A stretch of 64,000 nucleotides of DNA from positions 1,984,001-2,048,000 of the forward strand of contig OZ255836.1 in assembly GCA_965277715.1 (NCBI GenBank). The letters run 5' to 3'. The notes beneath the pieces are model-generated. The model worked only from the letters and a program-made list of their open reading frames with translations. It searched no databases and was not told the DNA's origin. Origin of the DNA: Gammaproteobacteria bacterium (lineage in GTDB: Bacteria > Pseudomonadota > Gammaproteobacteria > JBCCGL01). Positions 30,440 to 41,677 of the stretch are shown piece after piece; the first letter of the stretch is position 1; each line of letters opens with the position of its first letter. The position numbers and the translations under genes are program-made.

Positions 30440-31033
30440 CTAGTGTGTGCTCGAACGCGTTTCAATAATGCGCAACACCACTGTATCACCAGACACTTTT
30501 TCGATTGAGATACGCGATATATCAACACCGCTACCCACAAATGCCACCGTACTAATTGCACTGTTTTGCAGTGGCCGCAACGAGAGCGACCAAAGCGGTA
30601 ACTCACCTGTCACATTTACCTGATAATGCTTTTTAAGCAGTGCTTCATCGCCTGATAGAAAAGCGCGGATGCCCTGTAAATACCCGGCAACATCAGGGTA
30701 ATCGGCGGGTCTGATGAGGTGTAGTTTTCCGCCACGGGCAATCCTCACGTCGGTAGCACGCGCTTCGATATGCAAAGACACGGGGGCACTGATATCGAGA
30801 AACAGCACATCGGGTGCGGTGTAGTGCAGGGAACCGCTACTCAGCAACGGCTCTGTCAACAGATCAGATGTCACTGCCTGTTCAAACCGGGCGCTGGTTT
30901 CAGTAACAGCACTGCGCGCCTGTAATAGTTGCGCCAGTACCGCTGCGTCCGCACTACTGACAATGCTAAACATCAATAAAACACCCGCACATACCAGCCG
31001 GTAGAGCAACAATACGCCGTTATGTTTTTTCAT
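30440..31033 (-). CDS. LolA-like periplasmic carrier protein
   Basis: Signal peptide; F.Q.....L..PL.S.G.L....PD.L, W.L.L.P. Confidence 0.8.
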   Translation of the reverse strand: MKKHNGVLLLYRLVCAGVLLMFSIVSSADAAVLAQLLQARSAVTETSARFEQAVTSDLLTEPLLSSGSLHYTAPDVLFLDISAPVSLHIEARATDVRIARGGKLHLIRPADYPDVAGYLQGIRAFLSGDEALLKKHYQVNVTGELPLWSLSLRPLQNSAISTVAFVGSGVDISRISIEKVSGDTVVLRIIETRSSTH

Positions 31034-31919
31034 CGCCCCAAAAATCGTAAAAATTAAACCAATTATAAGGCGCCGATTTTAAATGGTATTCAAGTCGGTT
31101 TATATAAACATTAGCCCACTCAATAGCCCGTTGATGGCGCTGTGCACGGCTACCCCTGGCCATTGGTGGCATCGTTTCAAGCACAATCCGGTAGTGATTC
31201 CCACCCATAAACAATGCCAAACACAAGATTACCGGGGTGTCGAGCACTTCGGCAAAAATAGCTGGCCCCAACGGGATTGTCACATCACCGTTGAGCATAG
31301 TGCAGCGTACACTTTTATCGTTTTCAGCCGTCCTATCACCCAGTATGCCGACCATGCCACCCTGCCCAATCACGTCTTTAACGCGAATCAATGCATCAAA
31401 TGCGCCCAACGGTATTATCGACTCAGCAATCTCGGGGTTTAACTCTGCGATCAAACGCGTAATCAGGGCATTTTGATCGGGGTACATCAGTACGTGAAGA
31501 GGCAACTGCTGGCGCCCTATACCCAGCGAACGAAGCGCCTCAAAACTACCGATATGCGCACCCAACATCAAACACCCACACTGTTGCTCGCGCAGGCCTG
31601 ACAGTAGTTCTTCACCGACAAACTCGATAGTAAACAGATCCGTTCTATCGGTAACGAAATATATTCGGTCTATTATTGTGGAAGCGAAACAATGGATATG
31701 GCGGGCGACATCCCACCAACCCGGTTCACGGTTTAATATTCGGCGCAAGTAATTTTTTGAAGACCGGCAGTGGGTTTTAGCGGTGAGTAAATAATACCCA
31801 GTAATCGGCAGCAAAAATAACCGTGCGACACGCCGCCCCAAATAATTGGCAATGGTTCTAATTAACCACAAGCTAAAAAGATTGCCGCGCTCAGCATGTG
31901 TTTGCCAATGGCTACTCAA
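31020..31919 (-). CDS. lipid A/LpxL-family acyltransferase
   Basis: HW....ERG, GAHIGSFE, ILGDR, PYNWFNFYDFW; probable TTG start at 31919. Confidence 0.88.
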   Translation of the reverse strand: MSSHWQTHAERGNLFSLWLIRTIANYLGRRVARLFLLPITGYYLLTAKTHCRSSKNYLRRILNREPGWWDVARHIHCFASTIIDRIYFVTDRTDLFTIEFVGEELLSGLREQQCGCLMLGAHIGSFEALRSLGIGRQQLPLHVLMYPDQNALITRLIAELNPEIAESIIPLGAFDALIRVKDVIGQGGMVGILGDRTAENDKSVRCTMLNGDVTIPLGPAIFAEVLDTPVILCLALFMGGNHYRIVLETMPPMARGSRAQRHQRAIEWANVYINRLEYHLKSAPYNWFNFYDFWGDEKT

Positions 31920-32244
31920 CACACGTACTCCCGACCAATAGCGTACCTTCCGCAATCAATTGGTCGTTTGCAACACAGGAAAAGCACAGCCTTTTGGGTG
32001 TGCTACGTGTCAATAGTAATTGGTATGTAACACCAAATTTCAGCACGCGATGAAACTTAACGGATTTAATCGTGGCAATTATTTCTGTTGCCGGGAGTAT
32101 GGTTTTTGCATAGTCCAATACACTTTCGATTATCAGTACACCGGGCACGATAGCCTGACCGGGAAAATGCCCCGGTTTGGCGGGATGATTGCTATCGACG
32201 GATAAATGACATTGCATAACGGTTTTAACATTGCTGGCTGACAC
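31912..32244 (-). CDS. FabA/FabZ-like dehydratase (ApeI-like)
   Basis: HP...GHFPGQAIVPGVL, VKFH; probable GTG start at 32244. Confidence 0.85.
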   Translation of the reverse strand: MSASNVKTVMQCHLSVDSNHPAKPGHFPGQAIVPGVLIIESVLDYAKTILPATEIIATIKSVKFHRVLKFGVTYQLLLTRSTPKRLCFSCVANDQLIAEGTLLVGSTCVE

Positions 32245-33625
32245 CCCTACCTCCCTGCAATGTATTCCACAGTTGGGTAACTGCACTAATGGGTAACTTC
32301 CCACTTGGATTGCGTGGCAGTTTATCGACGATATAAACAGGTCTCGGAATAAATACCGGGTCGATCAGGTAACGCAGTTGATCGGCAATCTCGTCCGGCT
32401 TTTTACCGTGCGCCACAACCATTGCTGTCAACCGGGTCAGATAGAGTTCCTTATTATTTTCAGTATCGGGGGGTAAAAAAACAATGGCATCATCAACACC
32501 TTCAATAGACTGCACCATTGTGTTCAGATAGTTTAGTGATTGCCGTTTACCCGCAATTTTGACTAAGTCCTGCTCCCGCCCTCTCAATTCAAAATAACCC
32601 GGTTGGCCCAGTGTAATATGATCGCCCAAATGCGCTGGTGCAGGTAAACCAGGCGCATCAACCCACACACCATCGTCTACAGGCGTTAGGCTGACACCAT
32701 TCATTAAGCGCCAACGGGACTCACGACAGGTGTGTCGCATGGCAATTGCCCCTGTTTCCGAGCTGCCATAAATCTCAAAGGTGCAACAATCAAAACGTTG
32801 CTCACCGGCAGACGCCAGATCGGCGTTTAGGGGTGCCGTCGCCGAGACAATCATCGCCAGCCCAAGGTAGCTATTATTTGCACGCACCAACGCACGCAGG
32901 TGTAGCGGTGTGGTAATCAACACACTTTTACCATCAATGCTTTCCTGCGCCGCTTTTATATCTGCCGGGTAAAACGATTGCCCCGTCCAGAGCGGGCGGG
33001 TCGACTGCAAAGGCAGCATAATACTGGTTTCAAATCCAAACATATGTTGCCCAGGCACCGTGGCGATAAGGGCATTACACCGCGCCCCCTGAAGGCCGAG
33101 CAACTGATCGAGTTGTCGCGCCGAATGAACCAGTTTAAACCAACTCATCGGTTGTGGTTTAGGGTCACCTGTACTGCCGGATGTAAACAGCACAGCTACC
33201 GTGTGCGATGATTTTATCACTGGGTTAAACGCAGCATACTGCCCACAGGCAGTGCCACCAAAGCCACCAGCGTCCAATAGCACATCGGGGTGTGGGTGGT
33301 CGCCGGTCAACGCATCTGATAACAGATAACTGTCTGGGTATTTTGCAAGCACTTGATCAATGGCACCACGCGCCACACTGGGTGGTAGCAATGTAGTCTG
33401 GCCAGCACAAAGGGCTGCGGCAAAACTAACCATAAAGTGGTAGCGGTTTTGGCTAGTGTTAACGACATATTGCTGTTGTCGCAGTTGTGAAATAACGCGC
33501 TGCACATCGCATAGAAAAGTAGCGACATCAATTAATGCACCATCGTAATAGGCAAAGTGCCGACCTGCTGTCGCATCGCGCAGCAGTGGTATCGTCTCAT
33601 CCGTTGGTGAATTTGCCCAATACAT
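32225..33625 (-). CDS. AMP-binding acyl/aroyl-ACP ligase (XanA2-like)
   Basis: FTSGSTGDPK, TVPGQHMFGFE, EIYGSSETG, LVKIAGKR, PRNPSGKL. Confidence 0.88.
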   Translation of the reverse strand: MYWANSPTDETIPLLRDATAGRHFAYYDGALIDVATFLCDVQRVISQLRQQQYVVNTSQNRYHFMVSFAAALCAGQTTLLPPSVARGAIDQVLAKYPDSYLLSDALTGDHPHPDVLLDAGGFGGTACGQYAAFNPVIKSSHTVAVLFTSGSTGDPKPQPMSWFKLVHSARQLDQLLGLQGARCNALIATVPGQHMFGFETSIMLPLQSTRPLWTGQSFYPADIKAAQESIDGKSVLITTPLHLRALVRANNSYLGLAMIVSATAPLNADLASAGEQRFDCCTFEIYGSSETGAIAMRHTCRESRWRLMNGVSLTPVDDGVWVDAPGLPAPAHLGDHITLGQPGYFELRGREQDLVKIAGKRQSLNYLNTMVQSIEGVDDAIVFLPPDTENNKELYLTRLTAMVVAHGKKPDEIADQLRYLIDPVFIPRPVYIVDKLPRNPSGKLPISAVTQLWNTLQGGRGVSQQC

Positions 33626-33626
33626 T

Positions 33627-34241
33627 TCAGTTGGCACACAGCTTTCGATAATAAGAGCGTGCAAGCGAAAAAATGAAATACCCAAAACCCTTGCGCGTCT
33701 GCCTGGGGAGTAACCGACGTCTAACCAGAAACTCGATAATAAAAAATAAACCCACAAAAATATAATTGACAAAACCTGTCATTAAAGACCAGATCTCTAA
33801 CGAAGCCCACATGGCCAATACAGCAGATTCAAGTGCAAGCAGTACGAAAAAAACAGCCCAAACCAAGGTTAATGAGCGTGTGTAATGACGGGTTGCCGTA
33901 TCGACCTCATCGCCCATTGACTGTGCAATACGGGTAATAAGTGGCAGGCGTTGCCCAAATAGCGTATGCGCAAAAAAACCGGCCAGTAATAAATTGATTA
34001 ACACCGGGTTCATTTTAATCAGCCACGGCCCCTGATCATTGCAGCCGATTAACACGACAGAGGCAATAACCAGGCCCGATACGGCACAAAATATCCGGTT
34101 TCTATTTTGTAGCATAAGCAGACCTACCAACAGGCAGATTGTGCCCATCGTCAACCACAAAGCCAGTGGTGCCAATGTGAGGGAATAGATATGCACCAAC
34201 ACGGGATAGCTAACCAATAGTAACAAACTGATAACTTTCAC
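33627..34241 (-). CDS. membrane protein of aryl-polyene/xanthomonadin clusters (COG4648-like)
   Basis: YP..VH, P.LIN, F..TL....PLI.RIA, YTR.LT.VW, WS....NY, EF.VRR. Confidence 0.8.
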   Translation of the reverse strand: MKVISLLLLVSYPVLVHIYSLTLAPLALWLTMGTICLLVGLLMLQNRNRIFCAVSGLVIASVVLIGCNDQGPWLIKMNPVLINLLLAGFFAHTLFGQRLPLITRIAQSMGDEVDTATRHYTRSLTLVWAVFFVLLALESAVLAMWASLEIWSLMTGFVNYIFVGLFFIIEFLVRRRLLPRQTRKGFGYFIFSLARSYYRKLCAN

Positions 34242-34279
34242 TGGTCAGTGATTCATAGCATGTGCGCGTTTACAGCACC

Positions 34280-34549
34280 TTAGTGGGTTTTATTCGACTG
34301 GATAAAGTGGCTAAGCGCCCGCAACGAGGAAAACACCTGTTTAACATCGGCCTCACTTGAATTGATCTGGATACCAAAACGCTGTGAAATAGCCAGATCC
34401 AGCTCAAGCGCATCAATTGAATCGAGGCCAAGCCCTTCGCGAAACAAAGGGGCCTCTGGTGCAATATCATCAATCGTAATATCTTCCAGATTAAGTGTAT
34501 CGATTATTAATGCAGCTACTTCCTGCTCCATTTCAAATACTCCTGTCAT
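34280..34549 (-). CDS. acyl carrier protein (XanC-like)
   Basis: LNLE, PLF.EGLGLDSIDALEL phosphopantetheine serine; alternative start at 34531 has an AGGAG RBS. Confidence 0.92.
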   Translation of the reverse strand: MTGVFEMEQEVAALIIDTLNLEDITIDDIAPEAPLFREGLGLDSIDALELDLAISQRFGIQINSSEADVKQVFSSLRALSHFIQSNKTH

Positions 34550-34660
34550 GACGCTGTACTCAAGGCCTCGTTATTGTGGCGCGAGTATAACAAACTAGCC
34601 GCTTACCCGAGAACAGGTTTTTTAGAGGAAACGCCCGCTCCAGAAAATCTAACCAACTCC

Positions 34661-36851
<2,191 letters not shown>

Positions 36852-36887
36852 GGCGTGCGATATTAGCATAGCGGTGTCGATATAGGC

Positions 36888-36916
36888 TTTACCTAAACCG
36901 GCTTATTGCCTAGAAT
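36888..36916 (+). promoter_or_regulatory. sigma70-type promoter of tRNA-Leu(CAA)
   Basis: TTTACC-17 bp-TAGAAT followed by a GC-rich discriminator. Confidence 0.55.
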
Positions 36917-36957
36917 AGCCGCCCTGTCGCGCAGTCAACACTGTGCCAGTCACTCAG

Positions 36958-37041
36958 GCCGGGGTGGCGGAATTGGTAGACGCGCCGGATTCAAAATCCG
37001 GTTCTGGTAACAGAGTGAGAGTTCAAGTCTCTCTCCCGGCA
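36958..37041 (+). tRNA. tRNA-Leu, anticodon CAA; CCA not encoded (followed by CTA)
   Basis: GCCGGGG/CCCGGC acceptor stem, GGAATTGGTAGAC D-arm, CCGGA-TTCAAAA-TCCGG anticodon arm, long variable arm, GTTCAAG T-loop. Confidence 0.95.
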
Positions 37042-37054
37042 CTAAAGGTGATAG

Positions 37055-37455
37055 GGGCGCATTCCCAAAAAGTGGGTATAGTGCTGACCAAAATTTGGTA
37101 AAAAAGATGTAGAAAAGCCACTTAAGCCACTAATATATCGATGTTTTTGTTGCCGCAAAGACACACGAATATGTTTAGCGACTTAAGCAGCCTGACCGCT
37201 CTCCCAGAATACCAAAGCCAAGTACAAGCCTTCTGCGAAGAGCTTGAAACCTTATTTGCCACGCCGGTATCACTAATAAAGTGCCGAAGACTTCGAGGTG
37301 CTTGAATCCTCGTTGCGTGCAAGTTGTCGCCAACTCGCTGATTGGCTGTCTGCTGCCAAGGTTCAAGCGACCATTCAAAGTAAAGCTTTGAAAGAAGAAG
37401 TGCGGCAACTGATCCAACTACAACCGGGTAAACGCCGGTATTGGGGGTCATATAT
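37055..37455 (+). mobile_element. truncated, frameshifted ISKra4-like IS remnant (left end plus transposase N-terminus)
   Basis: GGGCGCATTCCC terminus resembling ISKra4-type ends; ORF from ATG 37171 frameshifts near 37280 into ..EDFEVLESSLRASCRQLADWL...GKRRYWG and is cut by the IS4 left IR. Confidence 0.5.
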
Positions 37456-39015
37456 CAATGGCACTAAGTTAAGCGGTTTTAGTGGGTAAAATAAACGAAA
37501 AAATAACTGTAATAGACCCAAGAAAACAGGCTGAAATGTTATAATTTTGTATGAAAAATACAACCTTATTTCTACCCGGATTTAACATCCAAACACTCCG
37601 CAAAACACCCCGTTCAGCCATTCAAATCTTGCACGATAAGATAGCAAAAATACATCACAAATCACTGAGTGAACTATCTGTTTTTCTTGGCGATATCATA
37701 CCCACGAATATTCTTAAACCGAATGATTGTGGTGTGAATAGTCGTCGACGTATTTTCAGTAAAGAAAATACTTTCTGGTTGTTTTTTTCACAAATAATGA
37801 ACGCCGATGGTGGCTGTAAAGAAATCGTTAGACAACTGCAAAATGTCGCCCACAACCAAGGCATTCCCATACCTTCATCATCCACCTCCGCCTATTGCCA
37901 AGCACGTAAAAAACTACCCATGGACGATCTTAAAAACGTATTTTCAGGGACGTGTCGATTATCGCCACCTCAACCCAAAGCGCTCCAAGGCCGACCAGTT
38001 ATCGTTGCCGATGGCACGGGCCTATCCATGCCCGATACGCCCGCGAATCAACAAACTTACCCACAACCGAAATCACAAACACAGGGATGCGGATTTCCTC
38101 AAGCACGGCTTTTAGCTTGTTTTAATCTTTACAGCGGTTTAATTCTGAGCTATGCACTGGGAAATAAAAAAAGTCATGAGCTAAGACTTTTAGAAGAACA
38201 ATGGGATACCTTCAATGAAGGTGACATTTTCTTAGGTGATAAAGGTTTTTGCAGCTTCTACGATATTGACTGCCTCTCTCGACGAACGGTTGACAGTGTC
38301 GTTACATTGGCGCGGAGAACGCCCAGCACTGCCTCCCAGGCCAAAAAGAAGATAGCCGATAATGACCTTCATATTGAATGGCAAAAACCTAAACACACAA
38401 AAGCGACCCGTTACACAAAAGAGCAGCATAGCGACCTTCCAAAGACCTTAACTTTACGACAAATACACGTCAGTATTGTACGAAAAGGATTTAGGACGAA
38501 CCATTTTTATATCATCACGACACTACTTGATGCTCAGCAATATCCCGCTATAGAAATTATCGACCTCTATGCACAGCGCTGGAATGTGGAACTGTATTTT
38601 CGCAATATTAAAACCACCATGGGTATGGATATATTACGCTGTAAAACACCTGATATGGTTCGTAAGGAAATCATCATGCACATGATTGTTTACAACACGA
38701 TCAGGCACATCATGTGTGTCGCTTCATACCGACATGACACACCGGTTGATCGGCTAAGTCTTAAAGGTGTTTTGCAAACACTCCGACAAAGCACTTCATC
38801 ACTTGGTAGTGGGCAGAGTCCAGCACAAAAAAGACGGCAATATCTTGATTATTTATATGCAGCGATTGTGGATGATCGTGTGCTTCATCGACCTTTTAGA
38901 TTTGAACCAAGAGTGGTAAAAAGGCGACCTAAACCACGGGCATTAATGACTCGACCAAGGAACGTTTTAAAAACTGAATATTGGCAAGCTAAAGCGGCTT
39001 AACTTAGTGCCATTG
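37456..39015 (+). mobile_element. IS4-family insertion sequence, 1560 bp
   Basis: Terminal IRs CAATGGCACTAAGTTAAGC, 19 bp perfect then imperfect; no target-site duplication visible. Confidence 0.92.
37551..39002 (+). CDS. IS4-family DDE transposase
   Basis: SAYCQAR, ADGTG, GDKGF, Y..RW.VE.YFR.IK (YREK motif), R.EPRVVKRRPK; stop lies in the right IR. Confidence 0.93.
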   Translation: MKNTTLFLPGFNIQTLRKTPRSAIQILHDKIAKIHHKSLSELSVFLGDIIPTNILKPNDCGVNSRRRIFSKENTFWLFFSQIMNADGGCKEIVRQLQNVAHNQGIPIPSSSTSAYCQARKKLPMDDLKNVFSGTCRLSPPQPKALQGRPVIVADGTGLSMPDTPANQQTYPQPKSQTQGCGFPQARLLACFNLYSGLILSYALGNKKSHELRLLEEQWDTFNEGDIFLGDKGFCSFYDIDCLSRRTVDSVVTLARRTPSTASQAKKKIADNDLHIEWQKPKHTKATRYTKEQHSDLPKTLTLRQIHVSIVRKGFRTNHFYIITTLLDAQQYPAIEIIDLYAQRWNVELYFRNIKTTMGMDILRCKTPDMVRKEIIMHMIVYNTIRHIMCVASYRHDTPVDRLSLKGVLQTLRQSTSSLGSGQSPAQKRRQYLDYLYAAIVDDRVLHRPFRFEPRVVKRRPKPRALMTRPRNVLKTEYWQAKAA

Positions 39016-39480
39016 CGGTATAACTCCCCTTTTCTCGTCTAGTGTACCAATATCAGACTGCTCTACGGGTCGATGTGAACCAACCTCAGTAAAACGTAAT
39101 AAGTAACCATCTGGATCAAGCAGACCAAACTCGGTACGCTCCTCCATTCTATCTGTTCGCCAATACCATCTAGTGTGTAGCTCAACAAATGGTTTGATGT
39201 CTGCGGACAATGCGGATTCGTAAATTGTTTTAATATCATCGGTAAGAATCTGAAAGTTCACACCTCTCCCGTATGGCTTTTCTAGTGGTGCAGGCTCCCA
39301 ACTCCCATCCTGCTCCCAACATGCGATCATAATCTGGGCATTTCCAAGCTCTAAATAGGCGTGGAGATCATTGCCACGTCTCTGAGTTACAGAAAACCCA
39401 AGTACTTTCGTATAGAAGTGTAAGCTTTTATCAAAATTTGAACACCAGAATTCAGGTACAAGCGTGTGAATTTGGAACAT
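39004..39480 (-). CDS. VOC/glyoxalase (bleomycin-resistance-like) protein whose last codons come from the IS IR
   Basis: LVPE, SLHFY..VLGF, PYGRGVNFQI, DPDGYLLRF; terminal QWH* is encoded by caatggcactaa. Confidence 0.85.
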   Translation of the reverse strand: MFQIHTLVPEFWCSNFDKSLHFYTKVLGFSVTQRRGNDLHAYLELGNAQIMIACWEQDGSWEPAPLEKPYGRGVNFQILTDDIKTIYESALSADIKPFVELHTRWYWRTDRMEERTEFGLLDPDGYLLRFTEVGSHRPVEQSDIGTLDEKRGVIPQWH

Positions 39481-39581
39481 GGTTTTTACCTTTTATAAGT
39501 AATAAACAAGAATACCGGCATTTTTATACAACCGTTTTCTTGAGCAATCTTTGGGAGAAGTGGATAAATCGTCTATTAATT

Positions 39582-39662
39582 AAGGTAACTGCAAGCGCAG
39601 GGAAAAAGGCCGGTATTGTTAAGCTGATTTCATCGCATACACTACGACATTCTTTTGCTACC
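39582..39662 (+). pseudogene. tyrosine recombinase (integron-integrase-like) box II fragment
   Basis: KVTASAGKKAGIVKLISSHTLRHSFAT; the catalytic Tyr region and N-terminus are absent. Confidence 0.7.
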
Positions 39663-40362
39663 GACCACGCATAAACTTCAACATCCAGCCTGCGACAACA
39701 TCGGAATCTGGGTTACCGGCCAATGATGCCATGCCATCGCAATAGACTTTCTCACCCAGTGTATCTTTGCGCAAATCCATCAATGCACGCGAATAGCCAT
39801 GGGCAAACTCCGGGTGCCCCTGAAAACCCAGTGCATAGTCGCCCAGTTGAAAAGCCGCAATACGACAAAATTCACTGCTGGCAATACACTCAGCCCCCTC
39901 TGGCAGTGCGACGACCTGATCCTGATGGCTAACCAACATCGAAAATGAAGCGGGTGTGCCCTCCATCCACCAGGGTGTGTTTTGGGTCTGCCAATGGTGG
40001 ATACCAACACCCCAGCCCTTTGTCGATTTTTCTACCCGCCCTCCCATCGCCTGCGCGATAAGCTGGTGTCCAAAACAAATACCCACCACTGGCTTGCGCG
40101 CATCAAGTAACTGGCGAACCAGCGCTTCGGCAGATTCTATCCAGGTGTGTTCTTCGTAAACCCCTGCGCGGCTGCCTGTTATCAGATAGGCATCACACGC
40201 GTCGGGGTCTTGTGGAAACACGCCATCGATAAGCCGATAGGTGGTAAATTCGAGCTGTGGATCCTGTCGACTGAGCAGGCAACGAAACATATCCGGGTAG
40301 TCATCAAATTTATCGCGCATGGATTCGCGCACTTCATCGCATTGCAGTATGCCTATTAGCAT
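39658..40362 (-). CDS. class I glutamine amidotransferase-like protein
   Basis: ITGS, GICFGHQL, SHQDQV, QGHPEF triad. Confidence 0.9.
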   Translation of the reverse strand: MLIGILQCDEVRESMRDKFDDYPDMFRCLLSRQDPQLEFTTYRLIDGVFPQDPDACDAYLITGSRAGVYEEHTWIESAEALVRQLLDARKPVVGICFGHQLIAQAMGGRVEKSTKGWGVGIHHWQTQNTPWWMEGTPASFSMLVSHQDQVVALPEGAECIASSEFCRIAAFQLGDYALGFQGHPEFAHGYSRALMDLRKDTLGEKVYCDGMASLAGNPDSDVVAGWMLKFMRGR

Positions 40363-40409
40363 GGGAGGTTCCGTTGTTTGGGTTTAAGTAAATCGTTGTA
40401 TTATAAATA

Positions 40410-40787
40410 TTAATCAGCATCACGGTTAACATGCGCCAGCACACCCTCAACAAGTGACGCTGACAGGCCAAAATGTGCCACTACTTCAAGGTTAAGCTGT
40501 GGATATTCGCAGCGCTTGCTATCGATAAGTGCAGGGATATCCCGAACAACATGATTACCCGCAGAGAGAAAATAGGGTAGTACCGTTATGTCACTGGCGC
40601 CCTCTTTCACACACGCATCGATTACTTGTGGAATCGATGGTGTGGCCATCTCCAAGAATGCATGGCGTGTAACATCAAATGCATTGTTTGGGTGTACGGC
40701 CAGGCGCTGTACCATCGATTTTATTTCGTTATTGGATTGTTCACGTCGACTGCCGTGGGCAATCAATAACAAGTAACGCATTGACAA
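40410..40787 (-). CDS. short CbiX/SirB-type sirohydrochlorin chelatase
   Basis: IAHGSR, AFLE...PSI, PYFLSAGNHV..DIP. Confidence 0.88.
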   Translation of the reverse strand: MSMRYLLLIAHGSRREQSNNEIKSMVQRLAVHPNNAFDVTRHAFLEMATPSIPQVIDACVKEGASDITVLPYFLSAGNHVVRDIPALIDSKRCEYPQLNLEVVAHFGLSASLVEGVLAHVNRDAD

Positions 40788-40845
40788 ATTCTCGACCTAC
40801 AAAGCATCATTGATGCGATATCAACAGTATAAGGCGAAACACGCA

Positions 40846-41634
40846 ATGGATCTCGGTCTACACAATAAAACCATTATGGTTGCCGCTGCCAGTAAAGGAC
40901 TGGGCTTTGGCATTGCCCACAACTGCGCATTAGAAGGGGCACGCGTTTCAATCGCGGCGAGAACCCAGACGAGCCTGGACGAAGCCGCCGAGCACCTCCG
41001 CAAGGCCGGTGCCGAGGTGCTCACCACGCCCTTTGATGCCAGAGATGCTCAATCGATTCTCGCCTGGCGCGATGCCACCCTCACACGTTTTGGTGGTATC
41101 GATGGTTTAGTGGTGAACGCTGGTGGCCCACCGCCAGGTGGCTTTAGCGACTTTGACGATAACGACTGGCAGAGTGCATTTGAACTGACATTGCTCAGTG
41201 CCATTCGCATGATTCGCGCCGTGCTGCCGTCTATGCGACAACGCGGTGGCGGCAGCATCGTCACCGTTACCTCCTCATCCGTTAAGGAACCCATCGACAC
41301 ACTACTGCTCTCCAATGTTATGCGTTCAGGCGTAGTCTCTTTGGCAAAAAGCCTATCACAACAACTCGCGGCAGAATCAATCCGGGTCAATAACCTGGTG
41401 CCGGGGGTTATTTATACTGACAGGATTATCGCTCTCAATGAATCCCGCGCACAAAGCAAACACATTTCCGTCGAGCAACTTCGCAGCCAACAGGAAGCGG
41501 CTATTCCACTGGGGCGTTATGGCAGTAAAGACGAATTTGGCAAGGCTGGGGCGTTTTTGCTCTCATCCGCTGCGAGCTATATTACCGGAGAGACACTGGT
41601 TGTCGATGGTGGTTCAATGCGTACTGTATGGTAG
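40846..41634 (+). CDS. SDR family oxidoreductase
   Basis: MDLGL, AASKGLG, NAGGPPPG, LSNVMR, PG...TDRI, VDGG. Confidence 0.9.
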   Translation: MDLGLHNKTIMVAAASKGLGFGIAHNCALEGARVSIAARTQTSLDEAAEHLRKAGAEVLTTPFDARDAQSILAWRDATLTRFGGIDGLVVNAGGPPPGGFSDFDDNDWQSAFELTLLSAIRMIRAVLPSMRQRGGGSIVTVTSSSVKEPIDTLLLSNVMRSGVVSLAKSLSQQLAAESIRVNNLVPGVIYTDRIIALNESRAQSKHISVEQLRSQQEAAIPLGRYGSKDEFGKAGAFLLSSAASYITGETLVVDGGSMRTVW

Positions 41635-41677
41635 TCCGCACTTAAAGCCTGCCATAAACCTAATACAAACCCAGGCA

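Noticed and set aside
37122-37451. Minus-strand 109-aa ORF after the tRNA
   Set aside because: The plus-strand frameshifted transposase-like reading explains the region better
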